64,000 bases of DNA from Phoronis australis (taxonomy: Eukaryota > Animalia > Phoronida), in the NCBI GenBank assembly GCA_002633005.1, contig NMRA01000168.1, positions 437,129 through 501,128 of the forward strand. Reading direction: 5' to 3'. Below, piece by piece: positions 25,359 to 40,600 of the stretch (position 1 is its first letter; the number at the start of each line of letters is the position of its first letter). A program made the translations under genes and the position numbers. A model generated the notes under the pieces. The model had not been told where the DNA came from. It did no database searches and was given only the letters and a program-made list of their open reading frames with translations.

Positions 25359-26020
25359 GTGAATGCCGCTATATTGCGGTGCATCGTTCTCGCTTGTCCG
25401 AAATATGAAGCTGCGAAGAAAGCGAGTATATCGTTTTTTCGACTTCTTCGAGAGCCCGAAATGCATAGGAAGTGGCTCGCGGTAGTGAAAAATGAAAGGT
25501 ACGCTGTTTATAGCAAGTATGAGGCCGTGAAACATCTCCGTGTCTGTTGCCGGCATTTCGTCGACAGTGACTTCTCTGACGAATTCCGGCTCACCAAAGA
25601 ACTATCCATACGTTCCGTTGCCTGTGCATGTTCACGGCGCCTCTTTAGTATTTCTTGATCAGTGTGTTCGAACTGATAGCCTGTGACACCTAACGATACG
25701 ACCCGTGAAGTCTTCATCGGATGAGCTTCTGACTAAGTCGCCGGGGATTGGCGCCGGGCGAGTTGCCATGTAGACGTTTATTATTCTGCGTTCTGTTTCA
25801 AAATGAATTATTCTCATCCTAACCAATGATGAAACTGAAACAAAGTCTGTCTCATTAGATACAATTTGTAATGCCTTGGAGTGCTCGTGAGTGCAAATGT
25901 TTTGAGAAGCCAGCAATGAATAAACCACTGCGTTACCGGCTTTTGATGCCGGCGACAAAGGTAATTGATCGGGCACCGAGGCCGTGTGAGCGCATGCTAA
26001 TTCAGTGTTTGCAGCGGCTG
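25359..26020 (+). mobile_element. THAP zinc-finger-containing repeat / pseudogene, probably DNA-transposon derived
   Basis: ORF 25359-25658 shows the C2CH THAP pattern: RCIVLAC...ISFFRL..EPEMHRKWL...LRVCCRHF..SDF. The conserved Pro is lost and the AVP box is degenerate. Second copy at 11340-11860. Confidence 0.7.
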
Positions 26021-28627
26021 ACAGAAAGCGGTTGTGATACAATTACCTGGTTTTATATGCTATGGTCACATGTTAGGGGAATATTTATTTAGAAACACGA
26101 ATACATTATCTAAATCATTGTTACTGTACAACCTTTGCCCTGACGGTGTGTGGAAGGGGAATCCGACTTCGCGGCCCCCGACAAGCAAGTATATTTTCAG
26201 TTGCGTGGCTAATTCACGTAAATAATTACATGCACATTATTTCTTTGGCTCACTATTATAGTCTTTTCGTGACTGGAGGTTTAGTTACCAACTCAAGCTG
26301 GTTTATGTTCGTGCCAGTCCCGGCCGCGACGCCGGGCCCAGTGATCGGGTTCCGAGCCACTGCCGGCCGGGATAACAAGTGTTTTGGGTATAAACAACAC
26401 AGATCTAGGTTCTCCTGTCTGTATTTCACGGAAGAATACTTCGATTTTATCTCCGAACAACTAGACCAAAAACTTAGTGCTGTAGTGGCAAAATTAGAGG
26501 TAAGTAGGCGCCCAAAGCCCACTGCATCACTTTGAGCACTGAACGTAAATTAAGGTGCGTAGGCGCTATGTTCAAATGTCCAAAGGTGGTTGGCTGCGCC
26601 TATGTGAGCCTACGCCCCACTACAGTACTGCCCAAACTCCTGTCACGGACCTTGGTAAATTGCCTGCCGAACTTTGTACGCTACGGTGTGTCCAAATACC
26701 AATAAATCCGTAACAGCGAAGTAAAACACGTTTTTATAAGAACTCGGTGTATTTTTAAGGGTTTTACATCGAAGTTTGATGATTTATTGGTGTTAAACTA
26801 TGAATTTAAGCGATAAGCTGACACCACTAACCCGTGTTGTGAACTGCTGAACAGACTGCGTGTGAAATAAATTACGTCATTGGATAATTTCAACACCTCC
26901 GTCTGCCGTCAGGTAACGCAACCGAACGTGCCGTTATCGAGTAGAACTACTCGAACTTAATTGATATTAAATAGGTTGTTTTTTAGGTGGCATTCACCTT
27001 TAAGAGATCGCCTTTGGCTGCTGAACGGCTACATACTTGGTTGCTTACGTTCATCCTGCAGCATCTGTTAGACAGAAGTCCTGAAACCAACCCGGTCCAA
27101 TTTGTGCAAGGGGCGATATGAGAACAATTCAACTTCGTATTGCTAACTGGTATGAATCAAAAATTGTTTTTGCGATGGAACGCGGGCTTATAGCCGCTTT
27201 TAATTTAATGGCGTTTTTGAAGAACTAAAACGTTTTAGTTTACTTTCGTGTTATTTAAAACGTTCTAGCTTATACGAAGCCTTCTTTAGCACGTGTGAAT
27301 CATGCCTGCTCACTCAACGAGTTAAATCGCACCTTCTCATCGATTTCACATTTAAACGGGCAGATCAAACTCATAAAACCCAACCTTTCGCCCTGGCCTG
27401 AAAATTTATGAGCTTGTTCCACTGACTAGACCATCAATTCCTCCCGGCCCCAGATAAAAATGACGGTAAGGGGCCTAAATCGAAACTTTTTTGACAGAAT
27501 GCACAAGCTTAATGCTGTTTTAACGTTGTCTTGGTTCGCTCATTCTACAAAGCCGCTGTGATTTCAGTCAAGATAGAAAACAAGTCTTCCCATTAAACAA
27601 ACATCTGAATACTATTGCGACAGATTGAAACAGAGAAAGAGTTTGAAGAAGCCTTCCGAAAGACAAAATTTTCTATTTGTATCCTAAAAATGTCGTTAGC
27701 ATGCTACAATTTGCCCCGAATTATTTCTTAGATGCTCCTCCTCAACGGAAAATTTCCCCCGTTTAATGTCCGTCTCGAGGAAGCTACTTGTTGACGTTTT
27801 TAGATTTGACGTCGTTTTAAATTGTTTACTTACATTTCGGTATCTTCCCGTTTTCATTTCAACGAGTACGCCTTCGTCAAGCACCAGCTATTCGACGTTA
27901 AATCGGAAATTGTCGCAACTGTGACAATTTGTGAAACAATATCACGGAATTCAATCGAACAAGGGCAAGGTAGCGCAACTCAAAATCACGTTGTACTCAA
28001 AAGCATGTTTATTTAACAAGTTAACTTGCCTTCGCACCACTAAATGAGCATATCAATTCCCATGAAGCTACAATCAATGCAATTTATTTATTGCTTGATG
28101 TTTATAATACATGGCGAAAATGATCTGACAACGATTTCGTCATGTCTCACACTGCTATTAAATTTGACAAAACAACGAGTCCCACTCAAACGTTATAGAT
28201 GTGACGTAGGAGGCCCATAGAAGGAATACCAGGGTCTGACAAATCCAGAAGTTACACCATTAAAACTCACGTATTCAAGCTCTGTAACAGTTATTAATTT
28301 CTGAAGGCATGTTTTCGAATCAGCAAAACGAGCGATCGCCTGCTTTGAGAGAGTAAATGAAACAAAAATGAAATTTGTGGAATAATGATGTTGAGAATGA
28401 TAAACACACACATTGTTCACACTTGTATAACTTTGCAATCAAATAAGCAACGTGTTCAAGGTACCAACTACATTGTGTTAAAATTAGTTGCCAGTCTAAA
28501 AGATTAGCATTGTAAAACGCACCAGCTTCATTACATGTGACACGGAGCTAAAGTTTATAACATACATACACTGGTACTGGTGACTTAGTTTTGCATCGCT
28601 ACAAATGAACCTCACGTCAATGGTATA

Positions 28628-31600
28628 CTAAATAACAACAGAAAATTTCATTTTGTTGTAAACCCCTGACGGTTTCACGGCTGTGACCACTCCAAATATT
28701 TCTCGACTCGGATTCCCTACAATGTCTTTAGGCTTCAAAGGGATGGAAGACTCTTTGGTTTGAACTGGTTGCAACAAGTCACAAGCGCCTTGTGAGAGAC
28801 CTAGGCAGACCTCATACCACACTGTAACTTCTTGGTCGAAGCAGTTCTTCCAGTTGATTACCAGAGTGTTACCGACTTTTCGTATTTCTGGTTTAAGTCC
28901 TACAAGAGACCAGACATGAGGTTCAAATGATGTTGTTCGATTTAATTGGATAGGTCGTAAGCAAGCCGAGTTGATATCCCAGCCTTTACCTATCTACAAC
29001 GCCATTCAAAAGTTGCGACTCTCATGTGTCAGATTACACCATGTGCTTTACTGTTTGTTTATCACAAGACAGCTACGTGGCATATGAACCCATGACCTTA
29101 GTGTGTCCTTATAATGACTCTCACTGCTAAATACTAGTTAGTTAACCGGCCAGTGGCGGATCTACGGGGGGTTTCAGGTGGTTTAAACCCCCTTGGGCCA
29201 GAACTCAAAAATAAAAAAAAACAAAAACGTCAACTGCAAAACAAAAAACGGCACCGCCAGCGTGCGTAAGCCCTAAGTAAACCAACTTGGAAAAATTTGA
29301 GGGGGGTTCACTCTGAAAATATTTTTTTTTGCATTGTGAATTGCTGAGTCTTCGTGGCTCATCGGCAAAACGCGCGGAGATCAATTGTGCGCGCGTTTCC
29401 GTCGACACTTCTGAAGTAACCAAGCATTTTAGATGGATCCACCGCTGACAGAGCTGCTCTATAGCTGATTTCTTTAGGTAACTAGCTTCTTTACTCTAAC
29501 ATATGTTATGATTTGATTAGGGGAAATACTGTAGTGCCGCAACCCTGATATTCAGGCGAATTGACGTGCAACGTTTTTACCTCATCTGTCATGCCGTGTC
29601 ATTTTATTACACTCCACACGTTTGTCACTCGAATTTGACTGATGTAGGCCTATAGTAAAGTTGTCTTGCGCAATATCATACAGTGAAAAAAATTCTTTTT
29701 TCGAAGAATTGTTATTATGGCGGGCGCCGTGGTCTGGTCGCGAGTCCGTTTGAAGATACACTCTAACAAGCTATGTCTATACAAGGAATGACCAAGGGGG
29801 CACTCACATTGGCAAAGTGACCGCATTCGCGAACAGTGTACTGTACCAAAAATTGCGGAGAGGCTGTTCTTTCACAACAAAGTCTTGCGAGACTCGTGCA
29901 ATGTTCAATAGGCCTCCTAAGGAGCCCTGGTTTCGACCTCAACACCTACCTTGTTTCTACCTACAATAAGCAAACTGCCGTCTTCTATACTGGAAATTTC
30001 CGCAGAAAGGTCCACCCGATGAAACGCTCATGCCCATGGGCATTTATTTGATGTTAGCACTTCGAGTTTCAAGCGTTCATACATTGGGACGTTTATTTCG
30101 AGGTCATGGGATACATCGTCAAGGTTTGAAGTAGTCCATGATGAACGGATCAAATTTAGGTTGCGCATGTAAGTCTTTTGAATGGACTTGGCAACCTCAA
30201 GGGTCTTAGTGCCAATTGAGCTACGAAACGAGATGCTGACATTGCAGAGGCTTACAAGCTCATTGACATAGTAGTTGACGAAGTGCAAGCGTTGGGAACA
30301 AACATCGAAGATATCTGGGTAGAATGGTTCCAAGACGAGCAAACCATTGGATCCGATATACAGATTTCTCGGCAGTCTAGACAACAGAAGGATAGAACTA
30401 ACGTACAGTGTATGAGTAATCACTGAGGATTAAAAAGTGTCTAGAGAAAAGTTTTCAATTCAAAAGTTTTTGCATAGTACACTTTAGGTCTCGCGACGAA
30501 CCAGGCCAGCTTGATTTGTGTAGAAATTGAGTTTCAGTGTACTTCTGGTCCCTCGGCGAACTAATCTTGTGATTTTTTTACCAAAGTGTGCTTTGAAAAA
30601 CTATTTATCTCAGCCAGTGCTGTTTGGGCCCGCGATAGATCAACTATTTTTATAGCGATAATAAGCACAGGTGTACTCTTGGTGTCGTGACGGATCAGAT
30701 CAGCCTATTTGTGTACTCTCAGTGTACATCTGGTCCCTCTGCAAACTGGTCCAGTATATCTTTTCACCACTGTGCACAGGATGTTTTGGTTTTGTGAAAC
30801 TGTTTTCAGATGACTTGTTTCCTGATACATTTGACTTTTTTCAGTTGTTGTCAACGTGATTCAGCTTAATAAAGTGATACTTAATTATTTATTGTCGCTT
30901 TTTATAATAGACTTTGAGCTGAGAGCACCATCGTTCGCCAGTTTTTCACGTAACGAGACAGAACACATGTTTATTTCCGGACTAACAGTACGGGTCTTCG
31001 TTCTTAAACAACTTGAGGCTGCTGTTACGCGATCATCTGATATTCAAGTTTTTACGCCCCGTCGGTGCTCCTTATGCTCTTGAATATTTGGAAGCTTTCT
31101 AAACCCCTGTATACACACCACACTTTTTCGTATACGACTTTTCGTATGCTAAAAAGGTGTGTGTAAGCAGATGTTCCAACAAATATTTTTGCTGGTGGCT
31201 TGACTCATACCCAGATGTGCACAATATGGTTTCACGAAACTTATGAGCCAAGTTCATGTGACGAAATCTAGAAGGGTTTTAAATTATCTTAAGAAAAAGT
31301 CCAGAGACATGTTAAGGGCCAGAAACTTACCAGGATGCATGGAAATTTCACTATTTAGCTACAAAAACAAAAAAATGTCTTACACGGGAGGGGGGAAACG
31401 CGCCTAGGATTCGATCTTTGCGGGAATCCTACCCCCCCTTACTGAAAACGCAGATCCGCCATTGTAACCATTGGACTTGAATGTGGTTATATGTGCTTTG
31501 ATGCAATTCTTATATCTAATACATTATATAAGATTGCATTCGACTGTGGTTACTCACAATATTGCAGCGACCAACGTGTTACGATTCCAAGTCCAAACTC

Positions 31601-34600
31601 TTAGAAGGTGATGTATATTGCTTCAACTTCGGGTTGCAAATTTTACGAGCATTTGTTCATTTATCGGGAATAAAGAAACACAAAGAAAAGACGGATGTGC
31701 GGATCTAACTGAGAGTAGTCTTGAAGTTATGAATTAAGTGACGCATCTTTCAGCATCCATGCTTCTAAAAATCAAGTCATACGGAAGTGCAGTTGAAGAG
31801 GGATGCGGGGATTTCTCCTCACCTCATGAAATCACCGTGAAAGCTCCCAATTTAATGTTCTAAATTTGACGTTATGCAGCGATTGTACGATTTTGCTACA
31901 TTACAAATTGACAGTAATCAAATATAGGTTCTTCTTAATGCTATGCATCCCCGCATTCGTATCCTATAATGTAGGCCTTCCATTGATGCCACATAGCACA
32001 CTGACCTAGATCTAAAACGTTTCACAAAATCGCAAAACTAAACCATGCTTCGCCTACCTGTAACTCTTGGTGCCTGTTTATCCACACACAACTTTCTTCT
32101 TACAACGTCGCTAGAAAAACCCCCAGAGTTAAAAGCCAGAACTTCTGCCGTCAAGCAATCACCGTTGTTCACAGTCAAATTGGTGAACAGAGCATTTGTT
32201 TGGTGACCAGCATCTTGCCAGGGTACAAACGATTCATTATTCTTAAGAAGTCGAATTTCGTAAGACAGGTTATCGTCAAAATCATGAAATCCGGACCAAA
32301 TGACATACACCAGGGAAGGATCAGATATTGCTTCTTCGTGTCTTTCATACACGCCAGTATAAGGTAACAGGAAGTTGACCTTTGCTGTGGCAGTCAATGG
32401 AGAACTACTGACGACAGTCCGAGGCCCAATTACAGACGTAGTGGATAATTTGGCGTTGTTGGAACACGAAATTGTCACGTACACATTCTGGCCGTGTGCG
32501 AGTGATGGCGTTGCTGTCGCAGCATAACGGTTTAGTGACGTTGGAGAAACCGTTACAGGAGACATGATGTTACCTGTATTGGACGCATGTCCTGAAAAGC
32601 CATTTGTAGACTTAGTTATGACTGACGTGTGAAACAATCAAAACTACATTTCAAAAGATTGGTTAAGGACGTTGTGGTCTATGGCAATAAAAGAAATTCA
32701 TTTGTAAGCGGAAGTGAAAAATTTATCCATGCACCATTCGGCCACAGGTCCATACGCAGTCGATAGACATGGCATACTGAGAGGTTTGTCCTCATATTCA
32801 GTTGTGAGATTCCAATAGGGTCACTTAGTCTCTTGGAACACAATTCTACATGCAAAGGAAACTAAAACGGGATATTGTCTCTTCCGTCAACACTTGTGGA
32901 ATTAGATTTTGTAAGACGAAGGGCAACCACACATTCAAAACGGAGAAATGTAAGTCATCCTGTAACTGGGCATACCAGAACCGCTTGGGGTTCTCCTAAA
33001 CCTGCCTATGGTTAAGAATGACTTAATGCATGTAAACTAGTTTCTAGTTCACATGTGTATGTATCTACGTTAAGCGACTGAAATGTAACTTAACTCATTG
33101 CTAATTTCTGAAATTATAAGCTAATGTTATAAAGAATTGATGCTTCAGCCTGTGAATTTCAATACAGTTTAATTGAATCTCTGTAAAATATGTATTATTG
33201 AACCCAAACTCCTATTAGATGCGTTTCCAATCCGATATAGCCTTGCAGAAAGGTTGATGAAAATTGAGCAACTGTCTAAATATCATTGAACTTCTGTCGG
33301 TCCAGTGCGTGAGTGGCCTGTTACTTTCAAACACCCCCGATAGCTGTTGCCCGTGACATTATAATGCCTACAAAGGCAAACATCGATGGTGAAACTTCCC
33401 AGTTCTATTCCTCCTACACATACTACGTGTTTGAGGAGCTTCCAAATATTAAGCTGCTATAAACCTACTTTTGTCTAAACATTGACATTTGATTGAGACC
33501 ACTTATACCTGGGAAAATGATCTTAACTTTTTCCTAATTACTTAGATATGACGTGATACTTGGGCTTGGAAAGAGCCGACATTCTAGCTTGAGGTCAGGC
33601 TCAGGAAGTTGGCTTGCTGTGACGAATTATTTTATGCCTGGAGCATGGCCTCGTGCAACAACGAATTTTTAGTTCTTCCAAGGTCAGATACAACTTCTCA
33701 TAAAAGTAAATAACAAATCGATGTAAATTATAAAGGTCTAATAAGAAGTCGTGTCTTTGATGGAGTGCGTTTTTGTATCACCTTTAGATACACTAACGAA
33801 AACATCTTGAAAACTGTTAATGTCAAACAACTACAAACCCAACTCGACTGTGCATTCTTTGATGTCGCTTTCGCTGTCGTGTGCTATCCATGATGTTAGC
33901 ACGGAAACGGTGCTCTTCACACGTGATGGTACAACATCGACGCTGACGTTTGATATTACAGGCGGAGAGTGGTCAAGTACAGTTTTCTCTGATTTAAAAT
34001 ACGATCTTACACCAGCATTATTTTCTGAAATGACTGTTGCGTACAAAGGTGAACCGTGCGGTAGGAAAACATCGTAAGTCACGTGCTGTTGTCTGCCGAC
34101 GTTGTGAAGAGCGACAACCTGAAAACCACCAGAGGTCGTGCCAATGCCCACAAGATGTCTGTGGATCCCACTTTCACGATCTTTAATTTCCAAAGTGAGC
34201 TCAACAGTAAGCGGACTTAACTGGCGAAGGGACACAGTATTACTATCTTTACTCTCTTTTGTGCATTTCCATATCGATGTAGAAATTGACGTTGTATCTC
34301 CTTCTATAGACAAAACCAATTCGTACTCGGCCGTGTTTTCGACGCAAAACATATAACTTGCTACAAACCTTTCGGCAAAGTACAGTTCTTTTCTCGAATC
34401 TAAGAATGATATGGATGCTTGAACGTTGGTTTTGTTTGATGTGAAAATGAGCTCATACGTCTCATGAGCGTCAAGGATAAGCCTATATTTAGAGGTCTTC
34501 ATTTCATCCACTTTATTTATCGACGTAATTTGTGCACTGTCCTCAGACCATGCCTCACACTTGAAACCTTCTGGAGGCGTTGTGTCAATAAGGAGCGAAT

Positions 34601-37600
34601 CTGATTGGACGTCTTCAGACACATGACCAGCTGCATCTTCTGCTTTTACATGAACGTTGTACATCGTGTTGTGCTTTAAATTCAAATGACACAGCTCAAC
34701 CGTGTTTTGAATCCCGACATACTGTGACTTAAGAATGTTATGTCTGTTACCATGAGTTCCGACCGACACTATATATCGTCTTATGTGCGAGTGTAGATCA
34801 TCAAATCCATTCCAAGATGCGCCAATGCAAGACGTGTTGGAGCTCGAATATTTACTTGAGAAATGATTTGTGTTGAAAACAATCCCATTGGTGGGAGGTT
34901 CATTATCGATGACCACTCCATCCGACGTAGAGATCGTGTATAGCCCGACTTTGTTTATTGCCTTAACAGTCGTAAAATACTTCTCACCCTTTTTGAGTTT
35001 CAGATCAGAGGCAGTGAACGATGTCTGAGTTGTCCTCATTTTAGACTTGATAGAGTCGTCTGTTGGAAGAAATCAGAATGTGCTATGGTGTTCTTATTGC
35101 CAGACGTCAGTGATGTAATTTTTGTATATTAACCTTCTTAAGTATTAATCACTAATACTTACGCCACATTTGTGAGAACTCAAATGGTTTTGACAGCCAA
35201 AAATTCACCAAAATATAAAGATTTCGGAACTTTCATCCCAGTATAAGTTTGCGTTAATTCACTACAAAATTTTAAAAGTTTTCATAAAAAGTGGTCGAGA
35301 TTTCCGTCCTTGGAAACCTAATTACGTACATGTATAACGCAGTGGAGTGCGTAGCCACAATGTACGAGTCAGCTGTCACCCACTACTGCGGCCATTTGTT
35401 GTTGCAACACCAAAATTTACATTAAATTAAAATTTGATATGACACCACTTAGTTAAATTTGAAAATATTTGGAGTTGCGTTGGGTAAGCATTATTTGGTT
35501 TTAAGCTTCATCAGATTAAATAACTCCCGTTAAACCCGGAGTGCGTTCAGTAGACGCTAAGACCTACGCTAGGACCTAGCTAAAACCTAGTCAAAGTCAC
35601 GTGTTCTCATTTAAAATACACGGCAATATCTCACGTAATGTCGCGAAGTCTTGCTTTTTAGCGAGGTCCTTGGGTTACTGAACGGGAGGCCACTTTAGGA
35701 ATTTTAAACAAAAGTGAAGCGGAAAGAGAATCTCTAAAACTTACCCCCCGGAAAAGTACCCATCATGACTTCATAAGACTCGATGTCACCAGTTACGTCT
35801 CTAAATGTCCTGTCCCACTTTGCACCAAGCTTGTTCATGTTTGAAGAGAAATCAATGTCGTGTGAGCACGAGCCTTTGTCCAGACAATCAATGATGTGGC
35901 GTCCTCGATTTTGATTGGGAGGTGTTATGTCTACTGAGATCTCGTTAGACCTAAACTCGGAGAAAGCATCATTTGCGTACCATGCGCGTATGTAGAACAC
36001 ATACTTCTGGTGGCCTTGAAAGTATTTGGTTCTTGGTAGGCAGAATGTTGTATTAGTCCACAAGTCTATGTTTCGCCACACTTCTTGATCTGGTCCGAAA
36101 ATACCTGACCCTACCGTTCTGGAATTTGCTTTACCCAATGAATATTCGTATCGTAAGATGTCACTACTTGACACCCAGTACGCAGATAAACACTTTTGAT
36201 TGGAAGAAATGTTCAAGGGAGATGTAATCCCAATCGTAACATGAACGCTGACGTTCGAGTTTGTAGAGTTTTTGCAAGCTGAAGGAAACATGTCGCATTT
36301 CTCCCCAAAAGGCGCACACGCACAGTCCTTGTTACAGAAAAATGCATCGCATGAATGCTTTTCAACGACGAGCAGTCCAGACGAATGGGCGTGACTTGCT
36401 GTACGAACAATGGTAACGTGGTGTTTGAGAAGGGAACTACGTAAGCCCACGTTGTTTTCAGCAACGATGGAGATGAAAAATTCATGACCTGGTATAACCC
36501 TCTTGCTCAGTGTTAGAGTTGTTTGTTGATATTTCGAGGATGAATTGTGAGATGCAGTTACAAATCCATTGCTCAGCTCTTGAGAGCTGTAACTGGAACC
36601 GACTGTGAGTATGTATTGCTTTATGCCAGAATGAGGATCAACAAATCCAGACCAAGTCAAATTGAGCGTCGTACGTCCCGCTTCTTCAGTCCATCTAAGT
36701 GAATCAAAACCACCCAAATGAGGGGGAGAAGAATCGACGAGAACTCCACCTGTCGAGTTCGCAACAGTACAAAGACCAGCATAATTGCATGCCGTGACAG
36801 AGACGTAATACTTGTCGCCGTCTGACAAACTGTGATTTTTAGATAAACTGACTGACAGGGAATTTTCGTTTCCAATCTCAAGGTTTGACACGGGATTAAA
36901 ACCATTGTGATGGGAGAACACGTTGATTATGTGTTTTGCCAAACCGCTCTCTGGGTCGTGGAACTTCCAGTCTATGTGAAGTGCATTTGTTTCAAACTGA
37001 TTTCCTTCAAGTAGCGAAGTCATGCCACGTTTGCGGAACACTGGAACGGTGGCAACACTAGGTGGTGTGTTGTCCACTTGAATTGGCGCTGACGACTTCG
37101 TGACAGCGAGACCTGCTTTGTTCCAAGCTCGAACGGTTGCGAATATAGGCGTCGCAAGAGGAAGGTCCATGTCAACCCTTACTTGAACATGGGAATGGTG
37201 ACAATCACGGAATGGTTGAATATCACACTGTCCATCACCGGTACCAACACACCACTCATAGCGATCTATTCCTGATTGTGGATCTTGGAATCCCATCCAA
37301 CTTGCACTGAAATATTTCCTAAAATGACAAAACGCGACAATCACAATAAAGCTAACAAGCATATTGTGATGCATTCACATAATATAATTTATACAGCTGC
37401 AACTGTATTACTTTATATTATATTCGCAAAGTTGGTGATCGAACTGACTAACGACGTCGAGTCGACATCGACCTACCTTTTGAACATTCCATGTAAGAGG
37501 GCGCTGTTGAAGTATTGCGGGAGATAAATAATGAAAACCATATCACATGGCCGTATTACACTCGACTGATTCAACGCGTATGGGATAAAGTAAGGAATAC

Positions 37601-40600
37601 ACCATAAACATCTACCGTATATCTATTTCCATGAATTTAGATACATTCACCATTTCCCCATTCGCATTCATAGTTCGCAACTGTATATCAGAGAAAAGTG
37701 TGTAAAATTTACAAATCCTTTATTTTCGTATGGAGTACCTTGAAGCTTGGTAATGACGGGCTCCAAACTGTGGGTGGCCGACTGTGACTATGCCCGACAA
37801 CGGAGGGGTTGAGTCGATGATTATCCCGTCTGACAATGCACGTCGACACAGGCCAACTGAATTACATGCTTCGACACTAGCAACATACTTTCTCCCATTT
37901 TCCAAAGACAACTTCATGAACAGAGCTGAAATGATTAGCAAGACACGTTGTGAAAAATAACCACAGTACACTGGGGTTTTTATGAGGTTTTTATGTTTAA
38001 CTGACACTGGGAAACTTATCTTTCTTCAATAAAGCACCGCAAACGTACCGGAACAGATGCATCAGTTGCGAACCTCCACTATCGATCCACGTCTACACAT
38101 GCAGTAAGCAAGAACTATTTTTCACATTAAACCGTTGGGTGAGACAGCTGCACCGGATTTTGGAGACCAATTGCACTCGTAGTCAAGGCACGACACTACA
38201 AACCCCTATCACCACTCCAAAGGTTCACTACTTTGAAGGTTCACTATCCCTAAGTCAGGTTCATTACACCGACAGTTCACTTTTCCGAATGTCTGCTAAT
38301 GAAGTAACCACTTTTAAGTGGTTTTAAAAAATTCTACTCGACATATGAGCTCAGTTCCAGTCATTAAAATACCGATTCTTGTGTCCCAGACGACTCATAA
38401 TCAAACAAAGTCAACATCGGGTACGGGGACATTTTATTTTATTTCCAGGGGGCTAACTTTGGGCTAAAAGTTTAAGAAGACTGTTTGGATTATCTGTCTT
38501 CGTGAAAATTCATAAGGACAGGATAGCCTACTACATTTAGATTCGATCCGAAAGCACACGTTGGTACGGTGAGGCTAAAGCGCAGTGGATACATGTTTCA
38601 GTCGCGCTGTGAAATGATCCGATCTTGGATTTCAGTAGTGAACCTTGGGGGTAGTGAGCCGCTCTATTTAGATTACATACATGTATAGACCATACTTACA
38701 AGTGACCAGTCCCACGTTTGACAATAATGGTTCGTCTTTTTCTTCTGTAACACCTACACGATATTCGACTATGGGGGAGTGTGGGTCATGAAACCCATCC
38801 CAACTAACGCAAATAGTTGACGTGCTTGTCTGAAAGTCGTAATCTGCCAGGCTGGTCATATTTTTGCAGTCTCGCACCAGGCCAGAAGATGGCGGAGACG
38901 AGTCGTACACAAACTTTGCATCAGACGACGTAATCAATCCGGCCCCATTTATAGCCTGTGGAGTTGTAGTAAGTTAGCGAGTGAATGAACGCTACATCAG
39001 TAAGACTATGCCTTTTTTAGTGGCTTTAACCAAAATTGGGATGTTTACCGAGAATTCATATGCAAGTCGGTAGGTTTTGTATTTGGATACTGTTCGAGCG
39101 CTGTCCCAAGGTTATAGCTTCAAATGTTTCTTATGAGTTCCGAAAACGGACGGCGTCAGAAAATTTAAGTCTCTGTGAGATACACCTAAAGTTAAAATTC
39201 TGTTAACGTAACAAATTATTTACGAAATACACAACATCTTTTGTTTCTGTCGTCGCATTTAAAGCTCCATTAGAAGAGAAGTACACGTAGAAAATGTCAT
39301 TTTACGAGAATATGCAGCTTGTTATCAAAATGTTCAACCCCTGTAGTATTCTGTATCAACAATCGATACATTGAAATGTGCCTGCTCAGTAACACTTTTT
39401 AGAAGAACTGAGAAAACTTACCATGACAATTGCGTAATAATTATGACCGTCAAGCAAGGCAGAATCTGTCACTTCGGCGTAAGTTGTCATGAACTCTTTC
39501 AGATGGAAGACGTCGCAAAGGCCAGGCGAAGAACCAATGGCGAATTCATACCTTTTTATACCACTTTGAGCATCTTCAAAATCTTGCCAGTGAAACTGAA
39601 GCATGTCTCCATTTACGTGCTGTCGAGGGCGGTGCCGGGAACCAACACGCACCACTCCTTTAGATGGAGGCGTTGTGTCTACTATAAACGGACTTGAAGA
39701 GGCAGACGTAACGTGCCCGACAAAGTCTTCGGCTAAAAAAGACCACCGAGAGTGTGCGAAACCAAAATGTCGAACGTGTTGATCAATTGAAGAAACTTGA
39801 AGGATTAAAAATTAAAAAATGAATGTTTTAAAAATGGTGGATGGTAGGGTCGTACAAGTAACTTGAATACAGTAGTAGGACCATTCGACCAGAGCGAAAA
39901 ACTAATGCTATAATGATTGAATATTTATTGGGCGTGAGCATTTTGGTCAAATTCAATACTGAATTGAAGCTGTTTAGTGTTGACCTGCACACGGGAATAC
40001 CATTTAGCACAATACCCGACTTATGAATATATTTCTACAAGTAAAGCCAGATGATAATCACGTGACTAGGACATGGTTGTCGACATGTAATCAAGACTCA
40101 TGTATGCAACGCTTACCTTGAACGTTAACAAAGTACTCTTGGCCATCAACTAATGTGAGATTATTGAGCATGACGTGTGTCTCTTGTTCTGTGTGTGTTA
40201 GTGGTACAACGTTGTCAACTCCTGCAGAGGTCCCTACAGTCACGTGTATGAGTACAGTGTAAGCGATGGTAACAGTGTTTTCTAATTGGAATCACACCTT
40301 TCAAACCTGTCCTATCGTTACGCTAAAAGGACATAGTCACTCAAAATCATTACACGTGACAAAATATCTGTACATCAAATAAAACGCTATAGAGATAGAT
40401 CGACAAGCGACGACATTAAATGATGAAGAGTATGTTGGTGGTGATAATGAATGATGACGATTGTGGTGATGATAACAATGATGGTGATAATCGGTGTTTG
40501 TGGATGGGCATATGGCAAGTGAAAGCGTAGGAGAATTGCTTCCTCCAGTCAAATTCACCCCACTTTTGCCACCAATATCAGCCTTCTTCTTTTTCTTGTA

